A stretch of 28,400 nt of DNA, taken from Rubrobacter sp. Lineage in GTDB: Bacteria > Actinomycetota > Rubrobacteria > Rubrobacterales > Rubrobacteraceae. Below are positions 17,532-26,543 of this stretch, in pieces. The translations under genes and the position numbers were made by a program. The notes beneath the pieces are model-generated. The model was not told where the DNA came from. It saw nothing but the letters and a program-made list of their open reading frames with translations, and ran no database searches. Positions within the stretch are counted from its first letter, which is position 1. Every line of letters starts with the position of its first letter. The stretch lies in contig JACDDK010000001.1 in assembly GCA_013817025.1 (NCBI GenBank), forward strand, positions 1-28,400, given 5' to 3'.

Positions 17532-17930
17532 CTACGGCTCCAACTCGAATTCCTCGACCACGAGGATGGTGTCGTCGTTCAGCGGGTATCCCTCGGCGGC
17601 CATGTCCTCGGCCCAGGCATCGAGATGGTCCCGCCGGAAAGCCTCCACGTCCGAGCCGTTGCCCTCGCCCTTTACCAGACCGGGCGCCGGCAACCCGAAG
17701 GTGGTCTCGTAGACGGCGAGCATCCGCACCCGGCACCGGACGTCACCGGAGCCATCCACGACGTCCACGGAAGTCCCGACGCTCGATAGGACCGCCCCAA
17801 TCCCCTCCTCGTCGTAGTCCGAGCGGGGGCAGCACGTCGCGGTCTTCTCGCCGGCCAAAATCTGCTGGATCAAGCTTTCGCCCAAGCCGCCGTCGTCCGG
17901 CCAGCCGAACTCCAACCTGTAGTCCGTCAT
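17532..17930 (-). CDS. ASCH-domain (PUA-like) protein
   Basis: ILAGEKTATC (GxKxAT) motif, VVDGSG..RC, GEGNGS, C-terminal VVEEFEL. Confidence 0.85.
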   Translation of the reverse strand: MTDYRLEFGWPDDGGLGESLIQQILAGEKTATCCPRSDYDEEGIGAVLSSVGTSVDVVDGSGDVRCRVRMLAVYETTFGLPAPGLVKGEGNGSDVEAFRRDHLDAWAEDMAAEGYPLNDDTILVVEEFELEP

Positions 17931-17943
17931 CTCGTCCTGGCCT

Positions 17944-18396
17944 TTACCGGGTGGGTCGAACGACGAGGACGGGGCAGTGGGCGTAGTGGAGTACGCGGTG
18001 GGCGACGCTGCCCATAAGGACCGTGTCCACTACTCCCGAGCCGCGGCTGCTGATGACGATAAGTCCGGCATCGATCTCTCTGGCGGCCCGCACTATCTCC
18101 TCGGCGGGCGAGCCACTCCAGACCAGGGTGCTTACCTCGGGGTCGAGATCCCTGACCTCGGCGGCGATACGTTCCACGGCCTCCTGGGCCTCGCGGCGGA
18201 ACGAGACCGGCTCGTGCGTGGTCCCTGGTGGGTGTCCCTCGCCGAAGTCCGAGACGAACGGCACGGCGGCTAAAGGACGGATCACGGCTATAACGGTGAT
18301 CTTCTTGATCGACGCGGCGCTCACTATGGAGCGCATGTAACGGGCGGCTTCGAGCGATTGCTCGGAACCGTCGGTGGCTATGAGTACGTTGGTCAT
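17944..18396 (-). CDS. Universal stress protein (UspA family)
   Basis: VLIATDGSEQS; LIVISSRG...LMGSVAHRVLHYAHCPVLVV; RBS AAGGAGG. Confidence 0.93.
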   Translation of the reverse strand: MTNVLIATDGSEQSLEAARYMRSIVSAASIKKITVIAVIRPLAAVPFVSDFGEGHPPGTTHEPVSFRREAQEAVERIAAEVRDLDPEVSTLVWSGSPAEEIVRAAREIDAGLIVISSRGSGVVDTVLMGSVAHRVLHYAHCPVLVVRPTR

Positions 18397-18409
18397 GCGT
18401 ATCCTCCTT

Positions 18410-19838
18410 TTAACCCTGTCCGCCGGGAGTGCCGGGCGTGTCCAGCCGGCGCTGCGCCAAATTGTTGACGAAGTACAGTACGACCCCCACCAGCAGCATC
18501 ACCAGACAAACCACGACTACGCTCTCCCGAGCCCCGACGTCCCCGGCGACGAGCCCCTGAACGTCGGTTATGAGGACGTACAGTAACAATGCTATGTTCA
18601 CCACGACCCCGAGGACGAGAAGAAACGTCGGTGCCGTGTAGTGTTTGTTCCACGTCCTCGCGGCGCAGGATCAGGGCGCACAGGCAGACCAGCGCGAAGA
18701 CCGACAGCAGGAACGCCACGGTGGCGTTGGCGAGGGTACCGACGCCCGCCTCTCCGACACCGACTATCAGGAGCAGCGCGATGATCGTGGTGAAGATGAT
18801 GGCGATCCAGGGCGTGCGTCGCGCGTGGTGAGTGCGGGCGAAGATGCGCGGTACGATTCCCTCTCTCGCCATGCCGTACATGATGCGCGAGTTCGTTATC
18901 AGCGCGACCAGGCACGTATTGGTGATCGCAATGCACGCCACGATAGCGAAGAGCCAGCCCGGAAAACCAGGAGCGCCCTGCCGCACCACCGTGAGCAGCG
19001 CCACCTCCGAGCCCGCGAGCTTGCCGGTCGGCACCACCATCGCGGCCACGAAAGCGATGACCAGGTAGATCACCCCAGCCGCCGCCATACCGCCTAACAG
19101 CGCCCGCGGATATACCCGGCTCGGGTCCTGAACTTCCTCCGCCACGTTCGCCGCGTTCTCGAAGCCGGTCATCGCAAAGAATGCGAGCGTGGCCCCGGCG
19201 AGCGCCAGAAGCGCCGGGTTGCCCGCGTCGTTGAACTCGAACGGCCTACTCAGGTTCGCGTCGCCACTGAGGAACACGAAGATCCCGATCCCCAACACCA
19301 GCGCAAGCCCCGATAGTTCCGTAATGCTCATAGCCAAATTGAGCTTCACCGACTCCGATATACCTCGGAAGTTGATAAGCGCCAACACCATCACGAACAC
19401 GATAGCCGCCAACAGCAGCGGCAGGCTGAAGAGCGCCGTCAGAAGCTCAAGGAAATACCCGCTGAACGCCAGCGCCAGAGCGCCCGTCGCGGCGAGGCTC
19501 GCGGCCACCGTGGCGAACGTCACCACGAAGGTCACGAATCGATTATTGAATGCCCGGTTGGCGTACAGCGCCGCACCCGCCGACTTCGGGTACTTGGTGA
19601 TCAACTCGGCGTAGGCGAAGCCGGTGAGCATGGCGGCGGACACCCCCACGGCGAAAGAGGTCCAGAAAGCGCCCCCGACCTGACCCGCCATCGTACCGAC
19701 CAGAGCGTAGATGCCGGAGCCCAACACGTCGCCCAACACGTAGAAGAACAACAAAGGCGCGGTGATCGCACGAACCAACTGCTCTGGCTGATCTCCGACC
19801 GACAGCCCCGGTGCTGGTCCCGTCCCCGGCGTATCCAA
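18410..19838 (-). pseudogene. APC-superfamily amino-acid permease, frameshifted near 18641-18650
   Basis: GDVLGSGIYAL, YAEL..KYP..AG, FFAMTGFE, RIMYGMAR, RTPW motifs. The last TM helices (PTFLLVLGVVVNIALL...) lie in another frame ending at 18410. TTG start with RBS GGGGAGG. Confidence 0.85.
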
Positions 19839-19916
19839 ATTGCCTCCCCTTTACACTTCCGCCGCTCTTCCCAAAACCTCCGGCGCGTCAAAGACCCATC
19901 ATCGCAAGCGTGGAGC

Positions 19917-19945
19917 ATTCTATTGGTCTGCCACGAAACGGTCAA
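19917..19945 (-). promoter_or_regulatory. Near-consensus sigma70-type promoter for permease-usp-ASCH
   Basis: Minus strand TTGACC (19945-19940)-N17-TAGAAT (19922-19917). An inverted GCCACG/CGTGGC pair (19930-19955) flanks the -35. Confidence 0.75.
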
Positions 19946-19966
19946 GCTGCGTGGCGCGGAGCGTCG

Positions 19967-20983
19967 CTACGCCGGGATTTCGAGTACTATCTTGCCGATG
20001 CCCGACCCTTCTTCCATGTGGTTCATCGCCGCCGTCGCCTCTTCGAGCGGGAAGGTCTCGTTGATGGCCGGATGCAGGTCCTTCTCGGCGTAGAGGTCGA
20101 GCATCGCCCCGAACTCCTCCGCCGTACCCATCGCGGTTCCGCGAACCTCCAACTGCTTCAAGAAGATCTTGGGCAGCACCAGCTTCTCCACCGGTCCCGC
20201 CGTCGCCCCGAAACTAACAACCCGGCCACCGGGCTTGGCTATAGTCACCAGCGCGTCGAAGACTTCGCCGCCGATGGAGTCTACCGAGAGGTCCACGCCG
20301 CCCGTCATGCCGCGAAGTTCCTTAGACCAGTTCTCGGCGTTGTAGTTCACGCCGCCTTCCGCGCCAAGCTCTTTGGCCTTCTCTATCTTCTCGTCGCTAC
20401 CAGAAGTAACGAAGACCGTGGCTCCCAGTGCGCTTGCTATTTGCACTAGAAAAGTCGCCACCCCGCCACCGATGCCCGGAATAACGACCGTCTCCCCGGC
20501 CTGCAACTCGCCCCGAGTCACCAACGCCCGGTAAGCCGTCAGCGCCGCGAGTGGGATGGCGGCGGCTTCGGCGTGTGAGAGGTGCGAGGGCTTGGGCAAG
20601 ACGTGATCCGCCGGCGCCTTCACGAACTGCGCGAACGTCCCGTCATCCGGCAACCCCAGGATCCGATACTCCTTCCCCGGCACCCGAGGGTCCTCCCCCC
20701 AATGCAACGCCGGGTTGATAACGACCTCGGTCCCCTCGGAAACCCCATTCGCCCCATCGCCCCGAGCCACGACTTCGCCCGACCCGTCCGACCCGAGCGT
20801 AACCGGCAGCGCGTCCGGCTTCGCCCCCGGATACTGCCCCCGCGTCACAAAAACATCGCGGCGGTTCAAAGCAGCATTGTGCAACCGCACCACCACCTCG
20901 CCGGGACCCGGCTCCGGCTCTGGCAAGTCCTCGAAACGCAGGCTCTCCGGCCCGCCGAGTTCGTTCAACCGTATCGCTTTCAT
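19967..20983 (-). CDS. MDR-family NAD(P)H:quinone oxidoreductase-like protein
   Basis: GroES-like N-terminus (EPEPGPGEVVV, LGSDGSGEV) and Rossmann GIGGGVA. LNRRD stands where Zn-ADHs have the catalytic Cys, suggesting a non-zinc type. Confidence 0.9.
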   Translation of the reverse strand: MKAIRLNELGGPESLRFEDLPEPEPGPGEVVVRLHNAALNRRDVFVTRGQYPGAKPDALPVTLGSDGSGEVVARGDGANGVSEGTEVVINPALHWGEDPRVPGKEYRILGLPDDGTFAQFVKAPADHVLPKPSHLSHAEAAAIPLAALTAYRALVTRGELQAGETVVIPGIGGGVATFLVQIASALGATVFVTSGSDEKIEKAKELGAEGGVNYNAENWSKELRGMTGGVDLSVDSIGGEVFDALVTIAKPGGRVVSFGATAGPVEKLVLPKIFLKQLEVRGTAMGTAEEFGAMLDLYAEKDLHPAINETFPLEEATAAMNHMEEGSGIGKIVLEIPA

Positions 20984-21030
20984 GCGTCGCTCCCTTCGTT
21001 TAGGTGTCTGGTAACAGGCGTCAGCTTAAT

Positions 21031-21119
21031 GCTTTTCGCGGCCCGAAACCGAAACGCAAAAGCGCCAGTCGGAACATCCCTCCCGACCAGCGCTTCGTTG
21101 TTGACGCGAAGCTCGCGTC
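21031..21119 (-). promoter_or_regulatory. Overlapping alternative hairpins including a terminator-like stem, between the acyl-CoA dehydrogenase and MDR genes
   Basis: Four stems with shared arms (see finding). On the minus strand the 21095-21060 stem is followed by a U-rich run. Confidence 0.5.
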
Positions 21120-21149
21120 CCACAGGCCCTTACCTGAAGCCTGAAACCT

Positions 21150-22349
21150 CTACACGAACGCCGAGATGCCCGTCACGTCGCGGCCAATGATCAGGCTCTG
21201 GATGGTGTCGGTGCCTTCGTAGGTGTATACGATCTCCATGTCCGACAGATGCCTTGCTACGTGGTATTCGAGCAGCACGCCGTTTCCACCCATGATGTCG
21301 CGGGCGTCGGAGCAAACTTGCTTGGCCTTTTTGGCGTTGTTCATCTTGGCTAAAGATGCTTGAGGGCCGGTCATCTTGCCCTGCTCCTGAAGCTGCGAGA
21401 GTCGATAGACCATAAGCTGCATGTTGGTGATCTCCGCGAGCATGTTCGCCAGCTTGTTCTGGATGAGCTGGAAACTCGCTATCGGCTTGCCGAACTGCAC
21501 GCGCTCTTTGGCATACTGCAACGCCGCCTCATACGAGGCTACCGCGTGACCGATGGCCTCCCACGCCACACCGCCCCGCGTCGCCGTAAGGACCTTGTTG
21601 GTGTCCTTGAACGAGTTGGCGAACTCCAGCTTGTTCTCCGCGGGGACGCGCACGTCTTCGAGCGTGATGTTCGGCTGCCAGACGGCCCGCTTGCCCATCT
21701 TGCCCGTTATTAGTTCGGTGGAGTAGCCGGGGTGGTGCTCGCCGGTCTCGTCCTTCTCCAGGACGAAGCCTTTGATCTGCCCGTCCGCCTCGTCGCGCGC
21801 CCAGATGATGACGAGGTCGGCGAAGGTGGCGTTGCCGATCCAACGTTTCTCACCGTTCAAGACCCACTCGTCTCTGTCGCGCCGGGCGGTAGTTTCGAGC
21901 ATCACGGAGTCCGAGCCGTGCTTGGCCTCGGTGAGTCCCCAGGCCCCGATCTTCTCCATCCGGGCCATCGGTGGTAGCCACTTCTGCTTCTGTTCCTCGC
22001 TCCCGCAAATGGCAATGGTCCCCATCGCCAACCCCGAATGTACCCCGAAGAACGTATTCAAGCTCCCGTCGCCCCGCGACATCTCTATCGCCACGAGCCC
22101 CGCCGCCGTGTGGCTCATCCCCGGACACCCGTAACCTTCTATCGCACCACCGGCGATGCCCAGTGCCGCGACCTTCGGCACCAACTCGAACGGGAACTCC
22201 GCATTCTCCCAGTACGAGTTTATGATCGGGATGACCTCGGCGTCCGCGAACGCCCGGACCTTGTCTCGAACCTCGCGCTCCTCGTCGGTGAACAGGTCGT
22301 CCAACACATAGTAATCAGTCCCCAAAGACCGGGTAACGTCCGCGATCAT
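21150..22349 (-). CDS. Acyl-CoA dehydrogenase (glutaryl-CoA dehydrogenase/ACX4-like clade)
   Basis: GAWGLTEAKHGSD, LNGEKRWIGN, RVQFGKPIASFQLIQ, GGNG, YTYEGT. ATG 22349 has RBS AAGGAG at 6 nt. The 778-aa ORF in the track is an overextension. Confidence 0.93.
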   Translation of the reverse strand: MIADVTRSLGTDYYVLDDLFTDEEREVRDKVRAFADAEVIPIINSYWENAEFPFELVPKVAALGIAGGAIEGYGCPGMSHTAAGLVAIEMSRGDGSLNTFFGVHSGLAMGTIAICGSEEQKQKWLPPMARMEKIGAWGLTEAKHGSDSVMLETTARRDRDEWVLNGEKRWIGNATFADLVIIWARDEADGQIKGFVLEKDETGEHHPGYSTELITGKMGKRAVWQPNITLEDVRVPAENKLEFANSFKDTNKVLTATRGGVAWEAIGHAVASYEAALQYAKERVQFGKPIASFQLIQNKLANMLAEITNMQLMVYRLSQLQEQGKMTGPQASLAKMNNAKKAKQVCSDARDIMGGNGVLLEYHVARHLSDMEIVYTYEGTDTIQSLIIGRDVTGISAFV

Positions 22350-22428
22350 ACCCATCTCCTTCTCTAGCCCTCTCCGAGCCTCAACTCTAGCACGCCACTC
22401 GTGCCGCAAGCGCCCGACATATTCCCAT

Positions 22429-22467
22429 AAACTTATTATCCATGTTATTATCAATTTTGACAAGTTT
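22429..22467. promoter_or_regulatory. AT-rich divergent promoter/operator region
   Basis: Minus-strand TTGTCA (22463-22458)-N17-GATAAT (22440-22435); direct repeat TTATTATC at 22433-22440 and 22445-22452; flanking AAACTT/AAGTTT. Confidence 0.6.
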
Positions 22468-22484
22468 CTCGGAAAGAGGAGATT

Positions 22485-22880
22485 TTGGCGGAGCGTATCG
22501 AGGGGATGGCGGGGGATAGAGCCACGCCGAAGGATCTCTTTTTGAGCGAGGTCAAGACGCGGGATATCTTCCCGTTGCTTATACTGCATCTCGTAAGGGA
22601 GAGACCGGAGTACGGCAACAGTTTGATGACCCGGATACGCGAGATCAGCGCCGGGGTGATGAGCGTGTCGCCGAACACGATCTACCCGCTGCTGCGCCGC
22701 CTGGAGGAGAAGGGATACGTCGAGGGAAAATGGGAGCACCCGGACACCCGCAGCCGCCGCTTCTACACCATCACCCCAAGCGGCGAGAAGAAGTACGAGG
22801 AGATAAAGGAGCGGTTCGAAGTGCATCTTTTGCGGGTGAGGGAAGCTATCGAGTCTATGCAAAAAGAACTCTACGGTTAG
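22485..22880 (+). CDS. PadR-family transcriptional regulator
   Basis: ILHLV..PEYG..L, SPNTIYPLLRRLEEKG, RRFYTITPSG; TTG with RBS GAGGAG. Confidence 0.92.
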   Translation: MAERIEGMAGDRATPKDLFLSEVKTRDIFPLLILHLVRERPEYGNSLMTRIREISAGVMSVSPNTIYPLLRRLEEKGYVEGKWEHPDTRSRRFYTITPSGEKKYEEIKERFEVHLLRVREAIESMQKELYG

Positions 22881-22899
22881 CACGGGAAAGGGAGACCGT

Positions 22900-25272
22900 A
22901 TGACGCACAACATCAGGAGAGTAGCAGTCCTCGGAGCCGGTACGATGGGGGCGGCTATCGCGGCGCACTGCGCCAACGCGGGCCTCGAAGTAGACCTGCT
23001 GGACATCGCGCCGGACGACGGCGACAAAAACGCCATCGTAAAGGGCGGCTTCGACCGGATGCAAAAGGCCCGGCCCGCGGCGCTGATGAGCAAAGCGGTG
23101 GCGGAGCGCATGAGGATCGGGAACTTTGAAGAGCACTTCGACCGCGTGGCCGACGCCGATTGGGTCCTCGAAGCCATCATCGAGAAGCTGGAGCCCAAGC
23201 GCGAGCTCATGCGGCGCATCGAGGAGACGGCAAAAGAGAGCGCCATCATTTCGTCCAACACTTCCGGCATTCCGCTGCACGAGGTGTCGGAGGGGCGTTC
23301 GGACGAATTCAAGAAGCGGTTTCTCGGGACGCACTTCTTCAACCCGCCGCGGTACTTGAAGATGCTGGAGATCATCCCGACGAGCGAGACCGAGCCCGAG
23401 ATAGTCGACGCCGCTCGCGCCTTCGGGGAGCGGGTGCTCGGCAAGGGCGGCGTCATCGCTAAGGACACGCCCAACTTCATCGGCAACCGGCTGGGCAGTT
23501 TCGCGGGGATGCAGTCCGTGACGTATGCCTTCGAGAACGGCTACGGCATCGAGGAGATAGACGCTATAACCGGGCCGCTCATCGGCCATCCCAAGACCGC
23601 GACGTTCCGCCTCAACGACACCGTCGGCCTGGACATCGCCGTCGGCGTCGCCGAGAACCTCTACGAGGCAGTCCCCGAGGACGAGTCCCGCGAGGATCTC
23701 AAGCCGCCCGTCAAGCTCAAGGAAATGCAGGAGAAGAACTTGCTCGGCAACAAGACCGGCGCGGGGTTTTACAAGCGCGACAAACGCGATGGCAAGACCG
23801 TCTTCGACGTGCTGGATCTCGAAACCTTCGAGCACCGTCCGGCGGAGGACCCGCAAGTCCCCATAGCCGAAGAAGCCGGGAAGCAAGGGGATCTCGGTTC
23901 GCGGCTGCGGTTCCTCGTCGAGAAAGCCGACGACGACCGCCACGCCCGCTTTATCCGGGATACGCTGCTGCCGTACCTGGCGTATGCCTCGCGGCGAGTA
24001 CCGGAAATCTCGGACACTCTGGAGGATGTGGACCACGCAATGGAATGGGGCTTCGCCCACCAAACCGGTCCGTTCCGAACCTGGGACTTGCTAGGTGTCC
24101 GCGAGACCGTAGAGAAGATGGACTCGTTGAACATCGAAGTCGCTGGCTGGGTCCGCGAGATGCTCGACGCCGGAAACGAGAGCTTCTACACGACCGAGAA
24201 CGGCACGGAGCTTCAGTTCAGCCCCCTCAGCAAGCAGTACGAGCCGGTGCGCGAGGACCCGATGTACGTCTCGCTCGACAAGCTCCGCAACGACGGCAAA
24301 GAGCTTGAGCGCAACGACTCCGCCAGCCTGCTCGACCTCGGTGACGGCGTGTTGTGTCTGGAGTTCCACTCCAAAGGCAACTCCATAGACGGCCCAATGG
24401 TCGAGATGGGCAATCGGGCGCTTGCTGCGTTGGAGCGCGACGACGTGGTTGGGCTTGTGATCGGCAACGAGGGCCGCAACTTCTGCGTCGGAGCGAACCT
24501 CGGCGAGGTCGCGCACGCGGTCCAGAACGGAGCGCTGGGAGAAGTAGACAAGAGCATCGGCGCTCTGCAAACCCTGCTTATGGACTTCCGATTCGCGCCC
24601 AAGCCCGTCGTCGCCGCACCTCGCGGTCAGACGCTCGGCGGGGGCCTCGAAATTTGTCTGCACGCCGATCGGGTCGTGGCGGCGGGTGAGACGTACATGG
24701 GCCTCGTCGAGGTCGGCGTCGGGCTCATACCGGCGGGCGGCGGCACGAAGGAGATGGCCCGCAGGCTAGTCTCCCGCGTCCTGCGCGTCACCCCGAACAT
24801 CCCGCCGCTCCCGCTGGTCCAGAAGGCCTTCGAGCAGATCGCCCTGGCGAAGGTAGCCGCAAGCGCCCTGGAAGCGAAGGAGATGGGCTACCTCGAAGAC
24901 GACGACCGCGTGATGATGAACCCCGACCATCTACTCTCGGCCGCCAAGCGCGAAGTTCACGACCTGGCCGACGGCTACGCCCCGCCCGAGCGCGGCAATA
25001 ACGTTTACGCCGTAGGTTCCACCACCCGCGCCGCCCTCGAAATGGGCGTGAGGACCTTACAGTGGGGTCGCTTCGCCAGCGAATACGACGGCGTAATAGC
25101 CGGTCACCTCGCCCGCGTCTTGACCGGCGGCAACATCAGCCAGGCGCAATGGGTGAGCGAAGAGTACATCCTAAAGCTGGAGAAAGAGGCGTTTCTGGCT
25201 CTGCTGGAGAACGAAAAGACGCACGAGCGCATCGGTGGGTTGTTGAAGACCGGAAAGCCGATAAGAAATTAG
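22900..25272 (+). CDS. fadN: 3-hydroxyacyl-CoA dehydrogenase / enoyl-CoA hydratase (FadN type)
   Basis: GAGTMG, SNTSG, GTHFFNPPRY, DTPNFIGNR, then a C-terminal crotonase domain (FCVGANL, LGGGLE, GLVEVGVGLIP); 790 aa. Confidence 0.95.
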   Translation: MTHNIRRVAVLGAGTMGAAIAAHCANAGLEVDLLDIAPDDGDKNAIVKGGFDRMQKARPAALMSKAVAERMRIGNFEEHFDRVADADWVLEAIIEKLEPKRELMRRIEETAKESAIISSNTSGIPLHEVSEGRSDEFKKRFLGTHFFNPPRYLKMLEIIPTSETEPEIVDAARAFGERVLGKGGVIAKDTPNFIGNRLGSFAGMQSVTYAFENGYGIEEIDAITGPLIGHPKTATFRLNDTVGLDIAVGVAENLYEAVPEDESREDLKPPVKLKEMQEKNLLGNKTGAGFYKRDKRDGKTVFDVLDLETFEHRPAEDPQVPIAEEAGKQGDLGSRLRFLVEKADDDRHARFIRDTLLPYLAYASRRVPEISDTLEDVDHAMEWGFAHQTGPFRTWDLLGVRETVEKMDSLNIEVAGWVREMLDAGNESFYTTENGTELQFSPLSKQYEPVREDPMYVSLDKLRNDGKELERNDSASLLDLGDGVLCLEFHSKGNSIDGPMVEMGNRALAALERDDVVGLVIGNEGRNFCVGANLGEVAHAVQNGALGEVDKSIGALQTLLMDFRFAPKPVVAAPRGQTLGGGLEICLHADRVVAAGETYMGLVEVGVGLIPAGGGTKEMARRLVSRVLRVTPNIPPLPLVQKAFEQIALAKVAASALEAKEMGYLEDDDRVMMNPDHLLSAAKREVHDLADGYAPPERGNNVYAVGSTTRAALEMGVRTLQWGRFASEYDGVIAGHLARVLTGGNISQAQWVSEEYILKLEKEAFLALLENEKTHERIGGLLKTGKPIRN

Positions 25273-25299
25273 CTGTCAGCTTCGACCGAAGGGAGCACC

Positions 25300-26478
25300 A
25301 TGAAAGAAGCAGTTATCGTATCGGCGGCGAGGACCGCCGTGGGGCGTGCGCCTCGGGGTACGTTGCGGGCGATGCATCCGGTGGATATGGCCGCCGCCGC
25401 TATTCGTGAGGCCGTCAAGAGGGCCGAAGGGCTCGACCCCACGGATGTCGAGGACGTTATTATCGGGTGCGCCATGCCGGAGGGGACGCAGGGCAATAAC
25501 ATGGCTCGGCTGGCTTCGTTGCGGGCGGGGATGAGCGAGCACGTTCCGGCGCAGACGGTGAACCGGTTCTGTTCGTCGGGGTTGCAGACTATCGCCAATG
25601 CCGCCGAGAGGATCATGACGGGGCAGGCCCAAACTATCCTCGCGGGTGGTTGCGAGCATATGTCCACGACCATCGAGATGCCCAACTTCTCACCGAGCCC
25701 GTCGCTGGTCGATACCAATCCGGCGGTGTACATGGGCATGGGTTTGACGGGTGAGCAGGTGGCGAAGGAGTTCGGGGTCTCGCGTGAGGACCAGGACGAG
25801 CACGCTTTTCGGAGTCATCAAAGGGCTCGGGATGCCGTGGAAAGCGGGCGTTTCGACGAGGAGATCGTACCGCTCGACGTAGACTTTGACTGGGTGGGCG
25901 ACAACGGCGAAGTCCAGCATTTCGAGACCACGTTCGAGCGCGACGAGGGGCCGCGCGATACGTCGCTCGAAAAGCTTGCCAAGCTCCCGACCGTGTTCCA
26001 GAAGGGCGGTACCGTGACGGCGGGCAACTCTTCGCAGCGGAGCGACGGTGCGGCGGCGGTGATCGTGATGGAGCGCGAAGAGGCCGAGAGGCGCGGTCTC
26101 CAGCCGCTGGCGCGGTTCGTCGGGTTCGCAGTCGGTGGGGTGCGGCCGGAGATCATGGGCGTTGGCCCGATGGTCGCGATCCCGAAGGCGCTAAAGATAG
26201 CCGGTCTGACCATCGACGACATCGACCTCGTCGAGTTCAACGAGGCGTTCGCGGCGCAGTTTTTGGCCGTGGTGCGCGAGGTGGGCCTGGACATCGAGAA
26301 GACCAACGTCAACGGTGGGGCCATCGCTCTCGGCCACCCGATGGGCGCGACCGGCACCAAGCTCACCGTGCAGCTCCTAAGTGAGATGAAGCGCCGCGAG
26401 TCCAAGTACGGGATGGTCACCATGTGCATCGGTGGCGGGATGGGCGCTGCGGGCATTTTCGAGAACTTGCAGAACTAG
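25300..26478 (+). CDS. fadA: Acetyl-CoA C-acyltransferase (thiolase)
   Basis: VNRFCSSGL, NEAFA, GGAIALGHPMG, MCIGGG. Confidence 0.96.
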   Translation: MKEAVIVSAARTAVGRAPRGTLRAMHPVDMAAAAIREAVKRAEGLDPTDVEDVIIGCAMPEGTQGNNMARLASLRAGMSEHVPAQTVNRFCSSGLQTIANAAERIMTGQAQTILAGGCEHMSTTIEMPNFSPSPSLVDTNPAVYMGMGLTGEQVAKEFGVSREDQDEHAFRSHQRARDAVESGRFDEEIVPLDVDFDWVGDNGEVQHFETTFERDEGPRDTSLEKLAKLPTVFQKGGTVTAGNSSQRSDGAAAVIVMEREEAERRGLQPLARFVGFAVGGVRPEIMGVGPMVAIPKALKIAGLTIDDIDLVEFNEAFAAQFLAVVREVGLDIEKTNVNGGAIALGHPMGATGTKLTVQLLSEMKRRESKYGMVTMCIGGGMGAAGIFENLQN

Positions 26479-26499
26479 CGGATCTAGCTATTGGCTATG

Positions 26500-26532
26500 A
26501 GCGGTCGGCTTTTGCTGGCCGCTAGACTTTTG
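26500..26532 (+). terminator. Hairpin with T-run between fadA and the MBL gene
   Basis: AGCGGTCGGC-TTTT-GCTGGCCGCT (two G-U pairs) then AGACTTTTT. Confidence 0.55.
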
Positions 26533-26543
26533 AGGAGGCTCGT

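Noticed and set aside
18410-19838. (L)DTPGT at both termini of the reconstructed permease
   Set aside because: A short Gly/Pro-rich match with divergent codons and no mechanism suggested; treated as coincidence.
22350-23486. N-terminal extension making the acyl-CoA dehydrogenase 778 aa
   Set aside because: It runs antisense through padR and fadN. The real domain begins at an RBS-supported ATG (22349), with a promoter at 22435-22463.
22855-24063. 402-aa antisense ORF, and similar ones at 234-1259 (same strand, other frame), 4150-4830, 4700-5410, 13538-14644, 24091-24663 and 25818-26456
   Set aside because: All overlap well-supported genes and show the stop-poor composition expected of off-frames in high-GC3 DNA.
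26475-26526. Several intergenic CTAG sites (also about 5542, 7139, 17506, 27545) as possible IS630 excision footprints
   Set aside because: Most coincide with TAG stop codons, and none has IS end sequence nearby.
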